Shown piece after piece: positions 1-7,067 of a DNA stretch of 33,610 nucleotides (its first letter is position 1; every line of letters begins with the position of its first letter). Below the pieces are notes generated by a model. That model did not search any database and was not told the DNA's origin. It was given only the letters and a program-made list of their open reading frames with translations. The stretch comes from a virus (taxonomy: Duplodnaviria; Caudoviricetes), in the IMG/VR virus record IMGVR_UViG_3300037465_000688, positions 1-33,610 of that record; one strand, given 5' to 3'. The position numbers and the translations under genes are program-made.

Positions 1-258
1 ATGTGGGGCTATCCACACGAGGAGGAGTCATGGCCTCGGTTTTCCGGCTTGCACCGGCACAGTTGCCAGGTTAAGGACGACGGAACCATCCGCTGCTGGG
101 GCCCGGACTACAACGGCGAACTGGGAGACAACCCGTCACTGTCTCAAAGTTGTTTACAGGTAGGGTGGTATCGGTCGCCGCTGGACTTGCGGGCGATGGG
201 CGGCCGGCTCCCCATCGTGGACACGTTTCGAACTTTTGCGGTCCAGGTCGCCTTGTGA
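1..258 (+). pseudogene. Short chimeric ORF: one RCC1-like repeat fragment joined to a recombinase-tail-like end
   Basis: HSCQVKDDGTIRCWGPDYNGELGD matches the RCC1/BLIP-II repeat pattern (H-C-x-x-x-x-G-x-x-x-C-W-G-x-x-x-x-G-x-L-G). A single repeat cannot form a propeller. The ORF ends in LPIVDTFRTF. Confidence 0.45.
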
Positions 259-361
259 TCGAACCGACAAAAGCCTAGTTGTTTCAATCTGATCGGCAGC
301 ACTGACGGTGACGCGTCCTAGCTGGGCACCCAGCTTGGATACATCTCGAACTCGCCTTCTT

Positions 362-392
362 GAGCGCCTCCCGAGGGGGGCGCTTTTTCTTT
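362..392 (+). terminator. Intrinsic terminator-like hairpin just upstream of the primase gene
   Basis: GAGCGCCTCC-CGAG-GGGGGCGCTT followed by TTTCTTT. Confidence 0.7.
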
Positions 393-401
393 CCGACGAC
401 C

Positions 402-2681
402 ATGACTCCACTCGAGGCCGCCCGTGACTGGGCGCAAAGGGGTTTCTTCCCCGTACCGGTCCCATACCGCTCCAAGAAGCCCGTCCTTGAAGGTTGGCAA
501 CGGCTGGGAATCACGGCCGATGCGGCTCCACAATACTTCGGCGACCAGCCTCAGAACATTGGAGTGTTGCTGGGTGACAAATATGGAAGCACCGACGTGG
601 ACTGCGACTGCCCCGAAGCCATCACGGCCGCGCGCGAGTTGCTACCGGAAACGGGCATGATATTTGGGAGGCAATCCAAGCCGTTCTCTCACTATTTCTA
701 TCGCTCCGATCCGCCCGTCCGGACACAGCAGTTTCACGACCCGCTGGACAAAGCTACATTGATCGAGTTGCGCGGGTTGTCGTCGGACGGCGCCATTGGC
801 CTGCAGACGATTGTGCCCCCGAGTGTCCACCAGACTGGCGAGCAAATCCGTTTTGAGCCGGGTTTCGACGGCACCCCCGCGAATATCGACGCGGACGTGC
901 TCCTGACCGCCGTCCGCCGCGTGGCGGCGGTCGCACTTCTTGTCCGGCACTGGCCTGCACAGGGTTCACGCCATCTTGCGTTCTTGGCTCTTGCCGGTGT
1001 GCTGGCCCGCGCCGAATGGCACGTCGACGAGGCAAAGTCATTTCACCGGGTTATCTATGGCTGTCTGTGGCCTGCGAAAACCGACCTGCATGCCGCGGAC
1101 TCGGAAGTTGAGTCCACCTTCGAGAAGCACTCCAAAGGTCATGAGATCACTGGTGTTCCGACTCTGGCCGAGCTGGTTGACAAGAAGGTCGTCGACACGG
1201 CTCTGCGGTGGCTCGGCATTGAGCGCGGCTCGCACCGCGCTTACCACTGGAACGACACCGGGAACGCCGATCGCCTGGCGGACCTATATGGGCGCGAGCT
1301 GGTCTATTGCACCGAGCGGAAGAGCTACTACGTTTGGACCGGCCAGCAGTGGCTGTTCGATGAATTTGTGGAAGTTGAGAAGCGCGCCGAAAAGACCATC
1401 CTCGAGGCCTACGGCGAAGCGAAGCACATCACGGATGCCGAAAAACGAAAGGCGTTCCTGAGGTTCTTGAACAATTCCCTGTCGAGAGCTTCCCTGGCGA
1501 ACATGATGCACCTCGCGAAGAAGAAGGTACGGCAGGTCAGCGCGAACGATTTTGATCGCGACCCCTGGGCACTGAACGTCGAGAACGGGACGCTGGATCT
1601 TCGAACCGGTGAATTGCGGCCACACCGGCCGGAAGACCTGTTGAGCAAGCTGGTTCGACTGCGCTACGACCCGTGTGCCGAATGCCCCAGGTTTACGGCG
1701 TTTCTGTACCGCATCATGGGTAGCCACCCGGATGCTTCAGAGGGCGAGACTATTCGGACCGAACAACTCGTGTCGTATCTCCAGAGGGTGTTCGGCTGCG
1801 CCGCAACGGGGAAGCCCGAGAAGCTCCTTTTCGTCCTCTATGGCGAGGGCAATAACGGAAAGACGACCCTACTTGAGATCATTCGAGATGCGCTGGGCGA
1901 TAGAGAATATGCCGGCCAAGTCCAGGTCGACAGCCTTATGATTCGGCCCAAAGAGGCTATCTCGAACAACGCCGTCAATACGGACTTGGCTGATTTGCAG
2001 GGTTGCCGGTTCGTCTCATCCAGTGAAGTGGAGCAAGGGCAGCGGCTCTCGCTAAGCCGTGTGAAGTATCTGACAGGGCTTGGGCAGATCAAGGCGCGGC
2101 GCCTCCGCGAGAACATGATCACGTTCCAGCCGACGTACAAGCTGTTCCTTGACTGCAATCACAGGCCCGTCATCACGGACCCGAACGACGCGATCTGGAA
2201 CCGCGTGAAATGCATTCCCTTCAAGATCCAGATACCCGAGACTGAGATCGACAAGAACTTGCCGGCAAAGCTCCGATCAGAGTTGCCGGGCATCTTGCGT
2301 TGGATCGTGGAAGGCGCGGTCCTCTATCACTGCGACGGGCTGGGCGACCCGCCAGACGTTACCGCTGCCACCGAGCAGTACCGCCAGGAGTCCGATCGAC
2401 TCAAAGAGTTCTTTGAAGACCGCTGTGTGCTCGCGCCGAGCGGCGATGCGGGTTCGTGGAAGAAGGATGGATATTGGGTCCCGGTCTCGGATCTCTACAC
2501 GGCGTACGCGTCTTGGGCCGAGGCGATGGGCCACAAGTACCCTCTCTCCAAGGATTCATTCGATGAACGTCTGATCAAACTGGGCAGGAAGCGAGATCGG
2601 GTGAGGCCGGATGGCCGGCGGGAAACGAAACAGGTTCGGGTTTGGCTTGGCATTCGATTCAGGACCGCGGAGGACGATTAG
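402..2681 (+). CDS. Bifunctional primase-polymerase (PrimPol) N-terminus + D5_N + SF3 helicase (P4-family phage/plasmid primase)
   Basis: AARDWAQRGFFPVPV..SKKP and NIGVLLG..DVDCD (PrimPol); WNDTGNADRL (D5_N); Walker A LYGEGNNGKTT; LFLDCNHRP..DAIWNR (SF3 motif C). ATG 402 preferred over TTG 360, which runs through the terminator hairpin. Confidence 0.92.
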   Translation: MTPLEAARDWAQRGFFPVPVPYRSKKPVLEGWQRLGITADAAPQYFGDQPQNIGVLLGDKYGSTDVDCDCPEAITAARELLPETGMIFGRQSKPFSHYFYRSDPPVRTQQFHDPLDKATLIELRGLSSDGAIGLQTIVPPSVHQTGEQIRFEPGFDGTPANIDADVLLTAVRRVAAVALLVRHWPAQGSRHLAFLALAGVLARAEWHVDEAKSFHRVIYGCLWPAKTDLHAADSEVESTFEKHSKGHEITGVPTLAELVDKKVVDTALRWLGIERGSHRAYHWNDTGNADRLADLYGRELVYCTERKSYYVWTGQQWLFDEFVEVEKRAEKTILEAYGEAKHITDAEKRKAFLRFLNNSLSRASLANMMHLAKKKVRQVSANDFDRDPWALNVENGTLDLRTGELRPHRPEDLLSKLVRLRYDPCAECPRFTAFLYRIMGSHPDASEGETIRTEQLVSYLQRVFGCAATGKPEKLLFVLYGEGNNGKTTLLEIIRDALGDREYAGQVQVDSLMIRPKEAISNNAVNTDLADLQGCRFVSSSEVEQGQRLSLSRVKYLTGLGQIKARRLRENMITFQPTYKLFLDCNHRPVITDPNDAIWNRVKCIPFKIQIPETEIDKNLPAKLRSELPGILRWIVEGAVLYHCDGLGDPPDVTAATEQYRQESDRLKEFFEDRCVLAPSGDAGSWKKDGYWVPVSDLYTAYASWAEAMGHKYPLSKDSFDERLIKLGRKRDRVRPDGRRETKQVRVWLGIRFRTAEDD

Positions 2682-2687
2682 TAGCCC

Positions 2688-2799
2688 GGTGTGACGGTGT
2701 GACACGGTGTGACAGCGAATCCTGGAAGTTTTTCGATTGGCGTCCTCGCGTAGCATTTCTTAGCGGTTTTCGTGTCACACGCTGTCACACCGTCACACC
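2688..2799. repeat. Inverted pair of triple GTGTGAC iterons, probable replication origin
   Basis: GGTGTGACGGTGTGACACGGTGTGACAG (2688-2715) versus GTGTCACACGCTGTCACACCGTCACACC (2772-2799), around a more AT-rich spacer directly after the primase stop. Confidence 0.85.
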
Positions 2800-2814
2800 A
2801 AAGCAGGATCGGCT

Positions 2815-3231
2815 ATGAATGACGGTCGCTACAGAACGGCGCAGGTGGCTGAATTCGCCGAGGTCACCCTTCGCCAGCTCCAAGTGTGGGTGGAGAAGGG
2901 TGTCGCAAACGCATCACGGTCGGGCCGAGTTCGGTTGTACACGGCGTCGCAGGCGCTATTGGTCGTCATCCTGGCGGATCTCCGCAGGCGGGGACTCTCC
3001 TTCCAACGGTTGCGCCGGTTATCTCCCGCGCTACGTCAGCTGATCTTTGATCATCGGCTGGACGAGCGCGCAATCATTCGCGGCGCATTCATCCTTACGG
3101 ATGGGCGGCAGGTCCAGTTTGCCGATTCTCCAAACAAAACCTGCGAACTTGTTTCAAACTTTTCCCGGCCGATCGTGTGCGTGGACGTTGCCGGATGCCG
3201 GGAGCGGATTGAAAAACAAGTACTTCTGTAA
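2815..3231 (+). CDS. MerR-family HTH transcriptional regulator
   Basis: YRTAQVAEFAEVTLRQLQVWVEKGV..SRSGRVRLYT..LRRRGLSFQRL is a MerR HTH pattern. Confidence 0.82.
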   Translation: MNDGRYRTAQVAEFAEVTLRQLQVWVEKGVANASRSGRVRLYTASQALLVVILADLRRRGLSFQRLRRLSPALRQLIFDHRLDERAIIRGAFILTDGRQVQFADSPNKTCELVSNFSRPIVCVDVAGCRERIEKQVLL

Positions 3232-3334
3232 CGCCCGACGGATTCTTGTGTGGCAACCTCAACAGCCGCAGAATGGAAACTAGCCGAGCGAAGGGACGCT
3301 CGTTAATCCCTTTCCCTCCACTTCAACACTAGAC

Positions 3335-3679
3335 GTGTCCCAAAGGAACAACCAGGTCCCGATTTACTCCGCAGACGGAAGACCTCTCGGGTTTCGCTCG
3401 CATGAAGCGTCCCATCGTCTACTTCAGGCCGGCTTCGTGACTGCGGCCTATGGGCGCAAAGGCCACATCAAGGCGCTCTTTCTGCGGCGGGAGGATGGGT
3501 CGAACCCGGTCCAGCCCGATCTGAAAGTCGGCACGCGCTACAGCTATCAGCAGCACCTGGACAGCGGCCGCCGATGCTGGAAACTCAAGAAGCTCGATTC
3601 GCTCCGCGACGAGGACGGTGAGGCGTTCGGCACGCGCGCGATCTTCTTGCGGGTGGTTCAGGATTGCCTCGCGCCGTGA
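3335..3679 (+). CDS. Hypothetical phage protein
   Basis: 114-aa ORF with plausible codon usage, co-oriented with neighbours; no motif recognised. Confidence 0.65.
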   Translation: MSQRNNQVPIYSADGRPLGFRSHEASHRLLQAGFVTAAYGRKGHIKALFLRREDGSNPVQPDLKVGTRYSYQQHLDSGRRCWKLKKLDSLRDEDGEAFGTRAIFLRVVQDCLAP

Positions 3680-3804
3680 AGACACAACGCAGGAACGTCG
3701 GCGGGCGGTACGTGGCCTATGCTCGCGGGGCGTTCCGAAGTGACGTGCGAAGGATCGTCGCCACGAGAAAGATCTCATGCAAGCCCGATCGTTCGGAAAG
3801 ATAG
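3676..3804 (+). CDS. Small basic hypothetical protein (42 aa, not in ORF track)
   Basis: GTGA start/stop overlap with the previous gene; MKTQRRNVGGRYVAYARGAFRSDVRRIVATRKISCKPDRSER; fills the gap to the next gene. Confidence 0.4.
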   Translation: MKTQRRNVGGRYVAYARGAFRSDVRRIVATRKISCKPDRSER

Positions 3805-4106
3805 CGGTCCCGACGCCGGGGACGCCGGTGCGCCTGACAACCGACACAAACCTGCGCGTCGCGCGGCTCCGGTTCTCGGTCGTCATCGGCGAGACTGGGC
3901 GCGTATTCGTGGGCGTCGCCGGGATGAACAAGGCGACGGGAGCGGGCGTAATCAAGGAGTTTTGGCCGACTGGGGCGGGTGGGGGTGTAGCGGATGAGTT
4001 CACCGTGGAGACGCCGGATGGCGAGCACTTCCTCGTGCCCGCCGACTACTACATCGACGCCAACGCCGCGAACGAGGGGCTGATCGTTGCCTACTGGGTA
4101 TGGTGA
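3777..4106 (+). CDS. Hypothetical beta-rich protein, possibly virion-associated
   Basis: 109-aa ORF with alternating hydrophobic strands; last gene before the predicted cos site. Confidence 0.7.
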   Translation: MQARSFGKIAVPTPGTPVRLTTDTNLRVARLRFSVVIGETGRVFVGVAGMNKATGAGVIKEFWPTGAGGGVADEFTVETPDGEHFLVPADYYIDANAANEGLIVAYWVW

Positions 4107-4114
4107 GGCGCGAG

Positions 4115-4210
4115 CGGTTCCTTCCCGGCGATCGAGCCGGGCGGGTGGGACTGCCGCACAATTTCGCTACCGTCAGAGCCGAAAAGTGGTTGCCGGTTGC
4201 CAGTTGCCAC
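4115..4210 (+). other. Lambda-like cos packaging site (cosQ/cosN-like) with downstream tandem GTTGCC repeats
   Basis: CGGTTCCTTCCCGGCGATC...TTTCGCTA resembles lambda CGGGTCCTTTCCGGTGATC...TTTCGCTA as recalled; three (G/A)GTTGCC heptamers at 4188-4208; cognate GpA terminase downstream. Confidence 0.7.
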
Positions 4211-4223
4211 TGAACAAAACGCG

Positions 4224-5597
4224 ATGACTCCGCACGCCATGGCCAAGCGCATCGAGCTCTGGCCGATCGACCGCCTGATCCCCTACGCCAAGAATCCGCG
4301 CACGCATTCGGACGCCCAGGTTGCGCAGATCGCCGCCAGCATCGCCGAGTTCGGGTTCAACAACCCGGTGCTGGTGGACACCAAGGACGGGATCATCGCC
4401 GGCCACGGGCGTTTGCTCGCGGCGCGGAAATTGAAGCTCGATCAGGTTCCCGTTGTCGTGTTGGATCACTTGTCCGAGACTCAGAAACGCGCGTACATCC
4501 TGGCCGACAACCGGCTCGCGGAGCTGGCGGGATGGGACGAGGAACTGCTTCGCGGCGAACTGGCGGAGCTACGCGACGCCGACTTTAACCTCGACGTGAT
4601 CGGCTTCGACGAGGATGAACTCGAGCGGCTGCTGGCGGAAGAGCCGGGCGAGGGCCTCACGGAAGAGGACGCCGTTCCCGAACCGCTGGAACAGGCAGTT
4701 TCTCGTCGCGGTGATCTTTGGATTCTCGGCGATCACCGGCTGCTCTGCGGAGATTCGGCGAACCGCGACGATGTAAACCGCCTCGTGGATGGCGCGCCCG
4801 TCGATCTGGTCAACACTGATCCGCCTTACAACGTGCGCGTCGAGCCCCGGTCGAATAACGCGATCGCGGCTGGCGTTTCTTCGTTTGCCAACCTCCAGCA
4901 TCACCAGAGTCTCGACGTGCATCGTCATCCGTCAAAAGCCAAGGGCACCACCAAGAAGATGCGGCCCAAGGATCGCGCTCTCGAAAACGACTTCATGAAG
5001 GACGGCGATTACGATGCGCTGCTTCGCCGGTGGTTCGGCAACCTAGCCGGCGTGCTGAAGCCCGGAGGCTCGTTCTACATCTGGGGCGGGTACGCCAACT
5101 GCGCCAACTATCCCCCGGCGCTTGCGGAATGCGAGCTGTACTTCTCGCAGGCGATCATCTGGGTGAAGGAACACCCCGTGCTGACCCGCAAGGATTTTAT
5201 GGGGAATCATGAATGGGGATTCTATGGCTGGCGCGAGGGTGCGGCGCACTGGTTCAACCCCGAGATCAAGAACGCCACTGACGTGTGGAGCGTGAAGAAA
5301 GTGAACCCCACCGCGATGATCCACCTGACGGAGAAGCCGGTCGAGCTGGCGATCCGCGCGCTGACGTATTCGTCCAGATCTGGACAAACTGTGTTAGATC
5401 TGTTCGGAGGTTCGGGCAGCACGTTGATCGCGGCCGAGAAACTCGGGCGCAAGGCGCGGCTCATGGAAATCGATCCGCCGTATTGCGATGTCATCATCCG
5501 GCGCTGGCAGGAGTACAAGGGCGCGAAGGCCATGCTCGAAGGTGACGGACGCAGCTTTGACGAGATCCGAGATGAGCGCGTGCCGGTTGCAGCTTGA
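4224..5597 (+). CDS. ParB/Srx N-terminal domain fused to beta-class N6/N4 DNA methyltransferase
   Basis: LIPYAKNPRTHSDAQVAQIAASIAEFGF..IIAGHGRL (ParB-like); HRLLCGDS; TDPPY (motif IV); HLTEKPVEL; VLDLFGGSGSTL (motif I). Confidence 0.93.
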   Translation: MTPHAMAKRIELWPIDRLIPYAKNPRTHSDAQVAQIAASIAEFGFNNPVLVDTKDGIIAGHGRLLAARKLKLDQVPVVVLDHLSETQKRAYILADNRLAELAGWDEELLRGELAELRDADFNLDVIGFDEDELERLLAEEPGEGLTEEDAVPEPLEQAVSRRGDLWILGDHRLLCGDSANRDDVNRLVDGAPVDLVNTDPPYNVRVEPRSNNAIAAGVSSFANLQHHQSLDVHRHPSKAKGTTKKMRPKDRALENDFMKDGDYDALLRRWFGNLAGVLKPGGSFYIWGGYANCANYPPALAECELYFSQAIIWVKEHPVLTRKDFMGNHEWGFYGWREGAAHWFNPEIKNATDVWSVKKVNPTAMIHLTEKPVELAIRALTYSSRSGQTVLDLFGGSGSTLIAAEKLGRKARLMEIDPPYCDVIIRRWQEYKGAKAMLEGDGRSFDEIRDERVPVAA

Positions 5598-5604
5598 GAA
5601 CGAA

Positions 5605-5632
5605 CGCCGCCAGGCGGTGAAACCTGGCGGCG
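5605..5632. terminator. GC-rich hairpin between convergent genes (terminator-like)
   Basis: Perfect 10-bp stem CGCCGCCAGG / CCTGGCGGCG with an 8-nt loop; TTCGTTCT follows on the minus strand. Confidence 0.7.
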
Positions 5633-5657
5633 CGGGAGGCGGGGCTCGGACGTCGAG

Positions 5658-6260
5658 CTACGCGGAAACGCGGTAGGTACGCTCCTTGTCCTCAGTGCGG
5701 AAGGACTCGACCTTCAGCCCGAGCTTCTTGGTGAGGGTACCGCTCACGAACCCGCGCACGGTGTGGGCCTGCCAGCCGGTCGTCTTCATGATCTCGGCGA
5801 GGGTCGCGCCCTGCTTGCGGCGCAGTAGCTCGAGGACCTCGGCCTTCTTGCTGCCGTCGCGGGCTTCCGTCGCGCCCTGTTTGGCACGGGCGGCCTTCTT
5901 CGGCGAGGTGGCCTTCTTGCCCGACCTCTTGGCCTTCGGCGCGGCCTCGTTTGAAATGGGCGCGCCCTGTTGCGCGACGTTGGCCGCTTTGGGGGCGTCC
6001 AGCCGTTGGACCGCCTTCCAGATCCGCGCGACGGCGGTCTTGCGGTCCGTGAACTTCTTGACCGGCTTCAGATCGTCGAAGGGCGTCACGCCGGCGAAGC
6101 TGTTCCAGAGCTGGACCAGTTCGTCGCCGTTGAGCATCTCGAGCACCTTGCCGAGATCCTTCTCGCTGGTGAAGCGGTGGATTTTGTCGCCCGCCGGAAC
6201 TTCTTCCGGCGCGGCGTAGACCGCGATGTTGTTGTCGCAGTCGATGGTGAATACGCGCAT
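5658..6260 (-). CDS. DUF3489-domain protein (winged-helix-like C-terminus)
   Basis: SKKAEVLELLRRKQGATLAEIMKTTGWQAHTVRGFVSG..KKLGL..RTYRV is the DUF3489 signature, typical next to phage methyltransferases. Confidence 0.9.
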   Translation of the reverse strand: MRVFTIDCDNNIAVYAAPEEVPAGDKIHRFTSEKDLGKVLEMLNGDELVQLWNSFAGVTPFDDLKPVKKFTDRKTAVARIWKAVQRLDAPKAANVAQQGAPISNEAAPKAKRSGKKATSPKKAARAKQGATEARDGSKKAEVLELLRRKQGATLAEIMKTTGWQAHTVRGFVSGTLTKKLGLKVESFRTEDKERTYRVSA

Positions 6261-6279
6261 GCGCTGTGGTCTCCTTTCG

Positions 6280-6516
6280 TTACTTGGTCCAGCCCGCGAG
6301 CTTCCCGTCGGCTGTGATGGTGAGGTCCTTGAAGTAACCGCTGCGGACGCGCACCCAACCGGCGTGCGTTTTGATTTCGTAGCGGACGGCGATCCGGCTG
6401 AGCTTCAGCCGGTACTGGCGCAGGCCTTCGTGCTCGACCTTCTGCAAATGCCCGTAGCGGTCCAGCTTCCAGCCGTTCCTAATCGCCCAGTCGATGAGTT
6501 GTTCGCGGGTAACCAT
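6280..6516 (-). CDS. Small hypothetical protein
   Basis: MVTREQLIDWAIRNGWKLDRYGHLQK...; GGAG upstream; followed by AAAGGAG SD of the DUF3489 gene. Confidence 0.7.
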   Translation of the reverse strand: MVTREQLIDWAIRNGWKLDRYGHLQKVEHEGLRQYRLKLSRIAVRYEIKTHAGWVRVRSGYFKDLTITADGKLAGWTK

Positions 6517-6587
6517 AGGGACTCCATTCATCCCTCGGGTGGGCCAGCAAGTCAAGCAGAATCTGCTGGTTGCAAGCGCGATGCACG

Positions 6588-7067
6588 ATGCCCCTGGTAA
6601 GCGTCCGCAAGTACGCCGAACACCGCGGCGTGAGCCACACCGCCGTCCAGAAGGCGATCAAACAGGGAAGGATCAAGACCACTGCCGACGGCAGGATCGA
6701 CGTCGAGCAGGCAAATCGCGATTGGGACCGCAACACCAGCCCGGTGAACGCGCCGAAGCGCACGCCGAAGTCCGACGGCGCAACGGGCGGGCCGACCTAC
6801 GCGCAATCGCGAGCCGTGCGCGAGCTGTACCTGGCGCGGCTGGCGAAGATCGAGTTCGAAGAACGCGCCGGCAAGCTCATCAACCGCGATGAGTGGACCG
6901 TGGCGGAGTTCACCAAGGCGCGCATCGTGCGCGACAACCTGCTGAACATTCCCGACCGCGTGGCGGCGATGCTCGCGGCGGAAACCGATCCGGTGCGGAC
7001 GCACCAGATCCTGACGGACGAGATTCGGAAGGCGTTGATTGAACTCTCCGGCGACCACAGCGGCTGA
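6588..7067 (+). CDS. Terminase small subunit (Nu1-like)
   Basis: N-terminal HTH SVRKYAEHRGVSHTAVQKAIKQGRI; C-terminal ARLAKIEFEERAGKLI..VRDNLLNIPDRVA; overlaps terL. Confidence 0.85.
   Translation: MPLVSVRKYAEHRGVSHTAVQKAIKQGRIKTTADGRIDVEQANRDWDRNTSPVNAPKRTPKSDGATGGPTYAQSRAVRELYLARLAKIEFEERAGKLINRDEWTVAEFTKARIVRDNLLNIPDRVAAMLAAETDPVRTHQILTDEIRKALIELSGDHSG

Noticed and set aside
190-300. Complete tRNA gene
   Set aside because: Only a 3'-end-like fragment with wrong T-arm spacing; no D or anticodon arm found.
2688-2799. CRISPR array or MITE
   Set aside because: Units are 7-10 bp without spacers, there are no cas genes or transposase, and the position fits an origin.
4191-5590. Identical TGCCGGTTGC 10-mer at both ends of the methyltransferase gene (4191-4200, 5581-5590)
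   Set aside because: Too short to separate from chance in GC-rich DNA, and no other sign of a mobile cassette.
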